A stretch of 64,000 bases of DNA. Source: an uncultured Desulfurellales bacterium. Lineage in GTDB: Bacteria > Campylobacterota_A > Desulfurellia > Desulfurellales > CAZERD01. Made by a program: the position numbers and the translations under genes. The notes beneath the pieces are model-generated. The model did no database searches. It saw only the letters and a list, made by a program, of their open reading frames with translations, and was not told the DNA's origin. Positions 19,301-27,366 of this stretch are shown here, piece after piece. The stretch spans positions 7,629-71,628 of the forward strand of contig CAZERD010000001.1 in the NCBI GenBank assembly GCA_964515405.1, written 5' to 3'. How positions within the stretch are numbered: the first letter of the stretch is position 1; every line of letters begins with the position of its first letter.

Positions 19301-19680
19301 TGTTTATAGACAACCTTGAAAGGGCACGGGAAACTCTTCTCAGGCTCAAAGATATACAAGTTGCTGTTGCCATAGATGATTTCGGGACAGGTTATTCTTC
19401 TCTTTCCTACCTTAAAGTTTTGCCAGTAGATATTCTGAAAATAGATATCTCATTTATAAGGGAGCTTACGGAGGATGCTGAAACGCTTGCTATAGTTGAT
19501 GCCATAATTAATCTTGCAAATAAGCTTAACATGTCAACGATAGCAGAGGGTGTTGAAACCCAGCAGCAGCTTTCCCTTCTTAGGGATTTGAGGTGTACGA
19601 TGGTTCAAGGATTCCTGTTCTCCAAACCTCTTCCGGAAATGGATTTTCTCAAGATGCTTCTGAGGAATAGTCACGTATGA
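16375..19680 (+). CDS. Multi-domain c-di-GMP signalling protein: several PAS domains, GAF, PAS, degenerate GGDEF, EAL
   Basis: I chose the ATG at 16375; the ORF-track start at 16324 is a non-ATG start. The GGDEF position reads VGDRF. The EAL domain carries EVLLRW, SINVSP, EIVE, DDFGTGYSSLSYL, KIDISF, EGVETQ and QGFLFSKP. Confidence 0.85.
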   Translation: MFKQGCIVVWAVRFEKNRGGFILKDLRFVNGNCVEELTGYTKSEFLKNPRLLLDVIYPEDRGVIVRLREGVSRGEHVEFETRLRRRDGVCISVKHLVVPDENRGKVVEAIYIVRSLSAEEREGEGKYQELFERMVQYLPAGVFLYRDRIVFANRAYEEITGYSLSELRGMHIWDIFADEEQRESIRSVAEKRIRCEGTPMVYKHAPFYMRDGSLRYLDVYTDTLELVDGCGGFGIAIDVTEERVLRDKLEEESLLLNVLTEESPALVMIYGERPVYANRVFHELLGYTPKELSERYVWELISEDLRDTVRESIERRLSGDNFTSFYPKAKFITKSGDFRYIDVVSSTVRYSGRSLGILVGIDSTSEHEKEEALRNLNDMYVILSNINQAIVRISREDEILKSACESFVGGSRFKATGVWLLDETEGEVYPEYVCGETKCTVFTERLPLPGEVDSREMHPLIRCISKGAIIINNNTIRNAHLGSWRAPLLAKGFASSAFIPLKKKGKTVGVLGVFADKPFVFDRDVYLLLKEVAQDISFALDSIEKERWLSVFNSVLEYGTDWVVITDKDGTIVYANRAVEKISGYKRGEILGKNPRVFKSGVHDKQFYENLWSTILSGGVFSSIVVNRAKNGELFRLNKTITPVFMNGEIQYFVSVDKDITHEKKLEELIYRLSTIDPVTHLPNRKSFIEQASGFFEEMKLKDSIAAVVIVSPSGISEINQVFSFEEGDKVLRKIGAVLRKTVRNYDLVAKLVGDRFAVLLKDLKTKEDILSIVNKIKQVLFSEVDIGRDVKLSYNIGISVYPDDGTDVRDLLSKAEVAVSYARKSGENIHAFFQKDLGEEITRAFNVRVELSRAIKDEEFALFYQPYFDALTGELRGAEVLLRWNRRDSGLVPPSEFIPVLEQTNMIVDVEKWLVERVCMNITKWRSLGVSVVPLSINVSPQSFSMGSIEKEILSAIDKHSVDPSLLTVEIVERMFIDNLERARETLLRLKDIQVAVAIDDFGTGYSSLSYLKVLPVDILKIDISFIRELTEDAETLAIVDAIINLANKLNMSTIAEGVETQQQLSLLRDLRCTMVQGFLFSKPLPEMDFLKMLLRNSHV

Positions 19681-20813
19681 AGGAATATGTCGGAGGGTGT
19701 AACTGTGTCGGAGTCACAGAGGACACATGCCCTTTCTATGGCATTTTCTAGCTCTCTTACATTGCCCGGCCATGGGTATCCTTTTAATACCTTTATGGCT
19801 TCGGGTGATATATTCTTTATGGGTTTGTTAAATTTTGAGGAGTATATCCTAAGGAAGTGCAGGGCAAGGGGTTCTATCTCTTCCCTTCTTTCCCTCAACG
19901 GGGGGATATTTATTGGGAATACATTTATCCTATAGTAGAGATCCTCTCTAAATCTTCCTTCCTCCATTTCTTTTCTGACGTCTTTATTGGTGGTGCATAT
20001 TATTCTTACATCGACCTCAATAGGTTTTTCTGAGCCTATCCTGTCTATGGTCTTTTCCTGGATGACCCTTAAAAGTTTTGCCTGGAGCGTCTGTGGCATC
20101 TCTGTAATTTCATCTAAAAGGAGGGTACCTTTGTGTGCCTGTTCAAACTTACCCTTGTGTGATTTTATAGCCCCTGAGAATGCCCCTTTTTCATATCCGA
20201 ACATCTCCGCCTCAAGTAGGTTTTCCGGTATGGCTGCGCAGTTAAGAGCTATGAATGGTTTGTTTTGTCTGGGGCTTAATCTATGTATAAATTTTGCCAC
20301 TACCTCTTTACCTACCCCGCTTTCTCCCAACAAAAGTACTGTTGCATCTGTGTTCGCCACTTTTTCTGCGAGTGCGAATATTCTTTTTGTTAGCTCGCTT
20401 TCGCACACTATCTGGCTGGTTTCTGGAGTCTCTGGTAACTTGCGGGTTAGCTGTTTGTGCGACATGGCAAGCTTTATAGCTTTCTCCAACGTTTCTTGGG
20501 AGAAAGGCTTGAGGATAAAGTCAAACGCTCCTATCTTCATGGCTTCCACAGCGGATTCTACTGTGCCTACTGCCGTTATCATTATAAATGGTGTATCGCT
20601 AAGCTTCTTTACTTCTCTCAGGAATTCTATGCCATCCATTTTTGGCATCTTTAAGTCGCTGATTATGACATTGTACTGGTTGTTTTTCAACAGTTTTAGT
20701 GCTTCTTTGGCTCCTGAAGCTGCTGTGGGCTCAAATCCGAGGTGCTTTATGGTAGCTGATAAAGCTATTCTCATCTGATCATCGTCGTCCACAATTAGTA
20801 TTCTGGGAGTCAT
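19671..20813 (-). CDS. Sigma-54-dependent response regulator (receiver + AAA+ domain) without a C-terminal DNA-binding domain
   Basis: Receiver domain (ILIVDDDD...ISDLKMPKMDG), Walker A GESGVGKE, and the sigma-54 contact loop EKGAFSGA. The protein ends at 380 aa right after the AAA+ lid (GNVRELENAIERA...), with no Fis-type HTH. Confidence 0.85.
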   Translation of the reverse strand: MTPRILIVDDDDQMRIALSATIKHLGFEPTAASGAKEALKLLKNNQYNVIISDLKMPKMDGIEFLREVKKLSDTPFIMITAVGTVESAVEAMKIGAFDFILKPFSQETLEKAIKLAMSHKQLTRKLPETPETSQIVCESELTKRIFALAEKVANTDATVLLLGESGVGKEVVAKFIHRLSPRQNKPFIALNCAAIPENLLEAEMFGYEKGAFSGAIKSHKGKFEQAHKGTLLLDEITEMPQTLQAKLLRVIQEKTIDRIGSEKPIEVDVRIICTTNKDVRKEMEEGRFREDLYYRINVFPINIPPLRERREEIEPLALHFLRIYSSKFNKPIKNISPEAIKVLKGYPWPGNVRELENAIERACVLCDSDTVTPSDIFLHT

Positions 20814-20816
20814 TGT

Positions 20817-23800
20817 CTATTTTAGAATGTGGAATGGTAGCGTTAATGTTCTCTTGATTATACCCAATATTCCTTTTCCTACACTTTTAAATGGTATTGG
20901 ATGGGCATGCATTTTCCCATTTAAGTGTCCGTATACGTGGAAACTTAGTCCAGTAAAACTTTTTTCTTTCCCTCCTATTATCCATCCTACGACTGGAATA
21001 GAGGAGATCAATCTGTTTATGGTCCTGAATGTGATGAACGTGACGTCAAAATCCGCGTAGTTTTTTGGTATGTTGTAGGAGCCGTATGCGAATATGGAGA
21101 TGCTTTTTCCTTCAAAAGCAACTGCTTTGTCTTTTTGGGTGCTCAAAACTCCGTTTCTTAGGTAGAGGGGCGCAGTTATACGGTGATATATTAATTTTCT
21201 GTCAAAGTTCACTTTGCCGCTTAGGAGGGACACAATATTTGTGACTGCAAGGATCTTGTATACCGGTGGTACACCTATGAATTCCCCGTGTTTTGCTTCT
21301 GCATCTATTGGACCGTAAAGAGACTCGAGGCTTATATGCTTTGTCTTTTTACTCCTCAGTCTGAAGTTTACTTTGAGTATGTTGTTCTTCATTTTATTGC
21401 CTGTGAGGAAAGAAAAGATTTTTCTGTCCAGTATCTTACCTATTATATATGAGTTTTTTCTCTGTTTTATAGTGATATTCGCGTTTGTTTCCTTGGAGAT
21501 TAGTGAAAGTTTTGTGTTACCCCCTTGTTTTGTAGCGTGGAATGTGAGGTCGTTGAGTACGAATCTATCTTTCCTGCTAATAAACCTGAACTTCGCGAAG
21601 TGTATCAGAATGTCTGCGTTTATGGCTGGGATGTATATGTTTGGATTGAGCGTTCTATGCTTGCTTCTTGGGGTTTTTGTTCTTTTGGGATATCTTTTTG
21701 CGGTGATAAGCTTTTTTTCTTCATGGGTTGTTTTTAGAGTAAATAAGGGGGCATTAGCCCTAAATGTAACATATCTGGGCTTTGTCAGTATGACCTCCCC
21801 GTGGTATTTCAGTGGAGTGTCTGAGGATATTGCTGTTCCGTGTTGGATGAGTATTTCGTGTTTGCTGAACTTGATGTTGGTGGATATGTTTGTTAGTTGT
21901 AAGTTCCCAACTGCTCCACGGGATAGTGTTACGTTGCCATTTATTCGTTTTATGGTGCCTTTTGATATTAGAAATTCGGCTTTCCCGTTGAGGTATCCAG
22001 AGATATGCGAAACAGGAGTTAGTGAATTCAGTAGGTCAAGATTAAAGTTCTTTAACTGAATTCTTCCAGAATAGTTGTTGCTTTTGAAGTTAAGTGTACA
22101 CGTTGCTTTTAGTCCGCCTTTATTTCCAATCGCAATGTTGGCATTGTAGAGTGTTATTTGATCATTGGTTGCATTTCCTTTTATTTTTAGTAGTATGGGA
22201 AGCATCCTTCCATTGTTGCCATATGCCGTGTATGCTGTTGTGTTGAATGATAGGAGGTGTGGTTTGCCATTTATTGTACCTGATATTTTCATGGGTCCCT
22301 GAGGACTGAAAATGGCTTTATGGGATAGCGATTCTTCCAAGTATGATACGTCTGCCCTTGCCAGTTTTCCCGAGAAGGTGGAATTGAAGGACAGTTCTGG
22401 CTTTAGTGTGATATTTGTGCTATTTGTGCTGATGTGAGACCTTAGACTTTCTGCTTTAAAGTTCGTCATGTCAATATATAGGTAGACAGTATCGTTTTTG
22501 ATGAGTCTGGTCACCTCTATGTTTCCATTTACAGAGAGGTGTTTGCCAGGTACCCAATTGTCTTTTAGGGTTAGTTTGCTTATTTCTATGTGGATATGGA
22601 AATCGAAAGGTGGATGCGGTTTCCACCTGTAGTTTTTTATTTTCGCTGTGCCGCTAAGCGTTCCATGTAGGTTGCTGGGGTTACCAAGTTGTTTTATGTC
22701 TCTCTTAGAGAATATGTTGTGCTTGAGGAAGATTTCCGCCTCTTTCGTGAGATTACCTGAGAATCTCAGTATCATATTGCATGGATATCCTTTGGTCCTG
22801 TTTATTGTGACGGTGGAGTTGTTTAGTTGCATTTCACCGAGCGATCCGTTTAGATGGGCTGTTATTTCGCCTGGCGATACAATTATGGTGTCATACTCTG
22901 TGTTTATCCAGGGATCGTTCTTTTTGAATCTGAGTGTTGCTTTTTTTACCAAGATAGTCCCAGATTTTATGAAGTTTTTGTTGAATTTCCCTGAGAATCT
23001 TAGTTGTTTGACTTTTACCTCGGCACATTTTAGGTATCTTTCCACTTTTATCATATGAATCGTGTTGAGTACTTGTTGGTTTATGGCTAAATATGGCGTA
23101 GTTATTTGTCCGTTCAGGTTTGATAAAGAACGTGTGCTGGTGTTAATATTACCGTTCAGGAGTACGTTGTATCCATTCTCGGAATATAAGGTTAGGTTCT
23201 CCATTTGTAATGTGTTTCTACAGATTTGAATGCTGCCATCAACGGATACATTTGATGCACTGAACATCTTGTAGGTTATAGCGTTTAGTTTTAGGTGGAG
23301 TTTGATTTTACCTTGTAGGTGAGCGGTTAGTGAGCCGGATATGGTTTTTATACCGTGGAATGTTTTTCTCAGTTTAACCAGCAATTCAACCGAAACATGG
23401 TTTCTATGGAGTGTGGCGTTTATGGATGTGTGGTTTGTATTCAAGGTACCGTTGAGTGAAAGGATATTCGTTTTGTTTAACAGGTTGTAGGCAAGAGATA
23501 TATTTCCTCTGTATCCTATGGATGTGTTGTTGATTTTTAGCTTAATCGAGGACTGTAATACATGTATGTCTGCTGGGATTAGGGGAATGTGTAATGGATC
23601 GTGTTTTTTGTCTTTGGTTTTTATTGTTAGGCTGGCATACAGCTTTTTTATGTTTATCTCCCCGAGATACATTTTACCTGAGAATATTTTTGAGAACAGG
23701 AATTTAAAGATGGATACCTTGTCAGATATGTCTTCAGCGCGCACGAGGTTTGTGTTCTGGGATATCCATATGCGTGGAAGGATCACGATAACGTAGGGAA

Positions 23801-23987
23801 AGTCCCTTTTTACTACTGGGTTGCCCAGTTTGTTTACCCTGAGATTATGTATGGTTTTTAGTTTTTTCAGGATGGTTGAGCGGGATATACCCCCGACAAG
23901 CGGGGGTATAATTACATTCCATGTTACGAGTATTCCTGCTGTTAGAAAGATGAGTAAGCCGAGCAGAAACAAGCCCAGTTTTTTCAT
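20817..23987 (-). CDS. Large envelope protein with N-terminal membrane anchor, AsmA/YhdP/TamB-like (tentative)
   Basis: 1056 aa with a single N-terminal TM helix (LGLFLLGLLIFLTAGILV). The body is long, N/K/T/S-rich and beta-strand-like, and the C-terminal segment resembles AsmA-like C-termini (PVVGWIIGGKEKSFTGLSFHVYGHLNGKMHAHP). The family assignment has not been verified. Confidence 0.5.
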   Translation of the reverse strand: MKKLGLFLLGLLIFLTAGILVTWNVIIPPLVGGISRSTILKKLKTIHNLRVNKLGNPVVKRDFPYVIVILPRIWISQNTNLVRAEDISDKVSIFKFLFSKIFSGKMYLGEINIKKLYASLTIKTKDKKHDPLHIPLIPADIHVLQSSIKLKINNTSIGYRGNISLAYNLLNKTNILSLNGTLNTNHTSINATLHRNHVSVELLVKLRKTFHGIKTISGSLTAHLQGKIKLHLKLNAITYKMFSASNVSVDGSIQICRNTLQMENLTLYSENGYNVLLNGNINTSTRSLSNLNGQITTPYLAINQQVLNTIHMIKVERYLKCAEVKVKQLRFSGKFNKNFIKSGTILVKKATLRFKKNDPWINTEYDTIIVSPGEITAHLNGSLGEMQLNNSTVTINRTKGYPCNMILRFSGNLTKEAEIFLKHNIFSKRDIKQLGNPSNLHGTLSGTAKIKNYRWKPHPPFDFHIHIEISKLTLKDNWVPGKHLSVNGNIEVTRLIKNDTVYLYIDMTNFKAESLRSHISTNSTNITLKPELSFNSTFSGKLARADVSYLEESLSHKAIFSPQGPMKISGTINGKPHLLSFNTTAYTAYGNNGRMLPILLKIKGNATNDQITLYNANIAIGNKGGLKATCTLNFKSNNYSGRIQLKNFNLDLLNSLTPVSHISGYLNGKAEFLISKGTIKRINGNVTLSRGAVGNLQLTNISTNIKFSKHEILIQHGTAISSDTPLKYHGEVILTKPRYVTFRANAPLFTLKTTHEEKKLITAKRYPKRTKTPRSKHRTLNPNIYIPAINADILIHFAKFRFISRKDRFVLNDLTFHATKQGGNTKLSLISKETNANITIKQRKNSYIIGKILDRKIFSFLTGNKMKNNILKVNFRLRSKKTKHISLESLYGPIDAEAKHGEFIGVPPVYKILAVTNIVSLLSGKVNFDRKLIYHRITAPLYLRNGVLSTQKDKAVAFEGKSISIFAYGSYNIPKNYADFDVTFITFRTINRLISSIPVVGWIIGGKEKSFTGLSFHVYGHLNGKMHAHPIPFKSVGKGILGIIKRTLTLPFHILK

Positions 23988-24799
23988 TTTATCTCTTTGG
24001 AGAGATTATTAACCCCCTGAATAATAACGGCTTTTTCATCTCCTTCCATTACGAACATCGTTGGTGTGGCATTTATTCTATGACTCATGAGCAGTATTAC
24101 AAGGTCTCTAAGATGCTTGTTGTATTTTTTCTTGAGTTGGTTGTTAATGAGTTTTTTATTTTCATTCACGAGTTTGTCTACATCCGCGAATGATGCTGCC
24201 TCGATCTTGTCAAGGGCCTGCTTTAGTGTACCTGTGGCTTCGTAGTGCCAGAAGAGCAAAGTAGCTTGTACGGAGCGTTCTCCGTGGATTATGAGTGGCA
24301 AGACGTGGAGGGTTATTTTGTTTTCTTTAGCCAGCGACATGAGTGTTTTGAATTCCCTTTTGCAAAATGGGCAGTACGGGTCGCTGAACATATAGACCAC
24401 CGTTTTACCGTTCCCATAGGTCTTGTTTATGCTTTTGGGGAATTTCTTAATGAACTTTGTGAACCAGCTAACGTCAACGGCTACATGTTCTATACTGTTT
24501 TTGGGTAGAACCCTGTAGAGTTTTCCATCTTTCATTTTCAGAACCACAGGAATAACTCTTTTCTTATTGTGGGATACCCAGATGTAGGAATTTATGACTG
24601 TCCCTGTGGTTTTGTTCTTTATAGATACTTTAAGTGTGTCGTAACCTTTTATTTGTTCTTTATTTGTCTTCTTGATGGAGAACTCCATGTTTGGTGGTAT
24701 GAAATGCTTTACTATGTTTCTGTAGGTTTTCATTTCCCCTGCGAGTGCGGTTCCGGTGATGAATACAAACATCAGCATCCCTATAAGGATCTTTTTCAC
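23984..24799 (-). CDS. Periplasmic thiol:disulfide interchange protein, DsbC/DsbG-like
   Basis: GTG start with AGGGGG upstream, a signal peptide, an N-terminal dimerisation-like region and a thioredoxin fold with CPFC. Its stop overlaps the next gene's start by 4 nt. Confidence 0.7.
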   Translation of the reverse strand: MKKILIGMLMFVFITGTALAGEMKTYRNIVKHFIPPNMEFSIKKTNKEQIKGYDTLKVSIKNKTTGTVINSYIWVSHNKKRVIPVVLKMKDGKLYRVLPKNSIEHVAVDVSWFTKFIKKFPKSINKTYGNGKTVVYMFSDPYCPFCKREFKTLMSLAKENKITLHVLPLIIHGERSVQATLLFWHYEATGTLKQALDKIEAASFADVDKLVNENKKLINNQLKKKYNKHLRDLVILLMSHRINATPTMFVMEGDEKAVIIQGVNNLSKEIK

Positions 24800-24848
24800 A
24801 TTGCACCCCCTAAAGCTTTATCTATATTAAAAGTATATCAAAAAATAA

Positions 24849-25928
24849 CTATGTTGCACAAGTGGTTTGGGAGTGTTTTTCCACTATCTTTACATGCTCT
24901 GGTTTTACGGAGAGGTAGATAGATTTTCCTATGTCTATGTCCAGGTAATACATAGTGTATTTGGGTACGCATAGATCTACGCTGAATGGTTCCCTGGCGA
25001 ATGTGATGAGAAATTCGTGTCCCTGTGGGATGATATCTTTAACTTTTACTTCGACAGCGTTTAACCGGTATTCGCTTTTCATTGGCTTTCTGCCAAACAG
25101 GAATATATTTTCAGGTCTTATCGCTACGTTCACCGTCTTTTCCTTGATCACAGTATCATGGCTTAGGAACTCCACACCTTTAACCTCAACACTGGTTAGT
25201 TTTTTTATTTGTTTGACTGTTCCATCAAATAAGAATGTGCCGACGAACGATGCCACGAACTGGGAATTAGGTGTGTACGCGACTTCTCTGGTTGTCCCGG
25301 ACTGTAAGATTCTGCCATGATCTATGATTGCTATCCTGTTGGCCAGCGACCACACATCTTCCATGTCATGGGTTACGTGAATTACAGTCATGTGTATGTT
25401 GTTTATGGCTTTTCTTATTATCTGCCGTGCCATGCTTTTTGTTTGGTGATCCAAGGCGGAGAAGGGTTCATCCATGAGTATGAGCTTGGGTTCAACTATC
25501 AGAGCCCTTGCCAGCGCTACTCTTTGTTTTTCCCCGCCTGATAGTGACTCTGGCTTCCTGTCAAGCAGGTGGTCTATATGGAACATTCTCGCCATTTCTT
25601 TAACGCTATAAGTGGGGTTTGGCTTTTTTTTCAGGCCGTAGGCTATGTTGCTTGAGACACTCATATGGGGAAACAGAGCGTAGTCTTGATAAACTATCCC
25701 TATGTTTCTTTCCTCTGTGTCTAGTTCTGTTATGTTTTTTCCCTCCAGTTCTATCTTGCCACTCACAGGTCTGTGAAATCCTACTATGGTTTCCAAAAGT
25801 ACCGTTTTACCTGCGCCTGTTGGGCCTACGATGGCAAGATAGTCACCCTTTCTGAGGTTCAAGGATATGTTGTTGAGATGAAAGTCACCAACTATTATGC
25901 TAAGGTTTTCTACTCTAAGAAAGTCCAT
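24849..25928 (-). CDS. Molybdate/tungstate/sulfate-type ABC transporter ATP-binding protein (ModC/WtpC-like)
   Basis: GPTGAGKTV, LSGGEKQR, ILMDEP and VTHD, plus a C-terminal TOBE-like region (VNVAIRPENIFLF). Confidence 0.8.
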   Translation of the reverse strand: MDFLRVENLSIIVGDFHLNNISLNLRKGDYLAIVGPTGAGKTVLLETIVGFHRPVSGKIELEGKNITELDTEERNIGIVYQDYALFPHMSVSSNIAYGLKKKPNPTYSVKEMARMFHIDHLLDRKPESLSGGEKQRVALARALIVEPKLILMDEPFSALDHQTKSMARQIIRKAINNIHMTVIHVTHDMEDVWSLANRIAIIDHGRILQSGTTREVAYTPNSQFVASFVGTFLFDGTVKQIKKLTSVEVKGVEFLSHDTVIKEKTVNVAIRPENIFLFGRKPMKSEYRLNAVEVKVKDIIPQGHEFLITFAREPFSVDLCVPKYTMYYLDIDIGKSIYLSVKPEHVKIVEKHSQTTCAT

Positions 25929-26691
25929 GGATCTTGCTCACCTTCTCGAAGAGGAATATTGCTACGAACGAAACAGCGATAAGTACAAGTCCGCTGGCTA
26001 TTGCCATACCTATGTTTCCGTAGGATATGTTTAGGTACAGGGCTATTGGTAGGGTCTCGGTTTTCATGTATGTGCCTCCTGCGAGTATTAACACGGAGCC
26101 AAACGCTCCTATAGAGCGCGCAAATGCTATTATCATGGCTCCTATTAATCCCCTTGAGGAAAGGGGGAGGGAAATCTTTAAAAATGTTTCAAATCCAGAA
26201 TAGCCTAAGCTTCTTGATACGAATTCAAATCTGGGGTTGATGTAATCAAATGTGGCTTTAACGAGCTGTATAGCATAGGGTAGAGCTGTGAAGAATTCGG
26301 CTGTTATAACACCTAGCTTTGTGAATACGAAATTTATCCCGATGGAAGCGAACAGTTTCCCAAGGACGGTGTTTCCAAACAGGAGCAGGAGGCAGAGTCC
26401 AAGAAGGAGTTCTGGAAAGGCAAGGGGGAGGTCTATAATGGACTGTAGTATGTCTCTTCCGAAGAAAGGAAAACGGGATAGGCTGTACCCTATTGGGATG
26501 CTTACGAGCATTGTTATTGCTGTAGCTATAATGGATGTTGTGATAGAAAGGCGTAGAGAGAATAGCATTTCTCTACCTGTGAGGTCTGTTAGTAGTTCGT
26601 GCCAGTTGGCTACGAAAAAAAGCGAGCCTATAGCAAAGAGCAGAATAACCATGATGGTTATAGATATTAGGATGAATATTCTTCTGAACAT
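25915..26691 (-). CDS. Molybdate/tungstate/sulfate-type ABC transporter permease (ModB/WtpB/CysTW family)
   Basis: 258-aa polytopic protein with the family loop IAFARSIGAFGSVLILAGG. Overlaps the ATPase start by 14 nt. Confidence 0.75.
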   Translation of the reverse strand: MFRRIFILISITIMVILLFAIGSLFFVANWHELLTDLTGREMLFSLRLSITTSIIATAITMLVSIPIGYSLSRFPFFGRDILQSIIDLPLAFPELLLGLCLLLLFGNTVLGKLFASIGINFVFTKLGVITAEFFTALPYAIQLVKATFDYINPRFEFVSRSLGYSGFETFLKISLPLSSRGLIGAMIIAFARSIGAFGSVLILAGGTYMKTETLPIALYLNISYGNIGMAIASGLVLIAVSFVAIFLFEKVSKIHGLS

Positions 26692-26802
26692 GGGTGTTTA
26701 GGGGAAAGTTTTTTTTCTTTGTACTGAGATTTGGATTGGAGTTTTTTTGGTGATGAGAACGAAGCAGATCCCCATCTGAGCCTCCCTCACTATTTCTAGT
26801 TG

Positions 26803-26831
26803 AATATATCGCACTTTGGTAATATTGTCAA
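26803..26831 (-). promoter_or_regulatory. Sigma-70-type promoter for the modB-like gene
   Basis: The minus strand reads TTGACA, 17 nt, TATATT. This leaves a leader of about 105 nt before the ATG at 26691. Confidence 0.5.
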
Positions 26832-26903
26832 TAAAGCAAAAAGGTAAGTTCTGCTAACTATACTTGTATTGTAATGTGTGTAACCCCTTGGTTGGCTTTT
26901 CCT

Positions 26904-27365
26904 TTACCGATACACAAGGTTCTTTTTTATTTCGCTTAAGGCCTCCTGAGGGGAGGTTACGTAGACTGTTCCTTCGAGTCTCCAATTACATTTTAGACAG
27001 ACTACATCTTTTCCCAGGTTCAGGGCAAATGAAATTTCGTTTAGCGTTCCATACCTACCTTCAATAGCTACTATGTGGTCTGCTGAGTTTACTATAATGT
27101 AATTTCTTGCAAATCCCATACCTGTGCTTATTGGTATTTTTATATATGGGTTTGCTTCTGACTTTGAGTCGGAAGGCAGTATCCCTACAGTGAGTCCATC
27201 ATGTTCGTAGGCTCCCTTGCTGGCTGCTTCCATTATTCCTCCTCTTCCGCCGCATATTAGGATATAGCCTTCCTGTGCTATTAGTTTTCCCATCTCATAG
27301 GCTATTGTTTTCCCCCTCTCTGAGGGAATCTCTGACCCTATAACTGCTATCATAGGCTGATTCAT
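26904..27365 (-). CDS. LOG / TIGR00725-type Rossmann-fold protein (lysine-decarboxylase-like family)
   Basis: Motifs ICGGRGGIMEA and EGRYGTLNE. 153 aa, starting 2 nt after the uvrA stop. Confidence 0.7.
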   Translation of the reverse strand: MNQPMIAVIGSEIPSERGKTIAYEMGKLIAQEGYILICGGRGGIMEAASKGAYEHDGLTVGILPSDSKSEANPYIKIPISTGMGFARNYIIVNSADHIVAIEGRYGTLNEISFALNLGKDVVCLKCNWRLEGTVYVTSPQEALSEIKKNLVYR

Positions 27366-27366
27366 G

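Noticed and set aside
19987-20778. Long ORFs antisense to real genes. Examples: 19987..20778 (263 aa), 21373..22059 (228 aa), 36088..36762 (224 aa), 52955..53515 (186 aa), 10871..11401 (176 aa), 7840..8319 (159 aa), 3639..4070 (143 aa), and many of 60-150 aa.
   Set aside because: Each lies fully inside a well-supported gene on the opposite strand. Their translations are low-complexity (S/L/F/P/T-rich) with no recognisable motifs and no SD. Purine-rich coding strands tend to leave stop-poor antisense frames.
26692-26800. Possible Moco/Tuco riboswitch in the modB-like leader.
   Set aside because: I could not find the conserved Moco-motif nucleotides or a convincing multi-stem fold by eye. I kept it only as an unexplained long leader in the findings; a covariance-model scan is needed.
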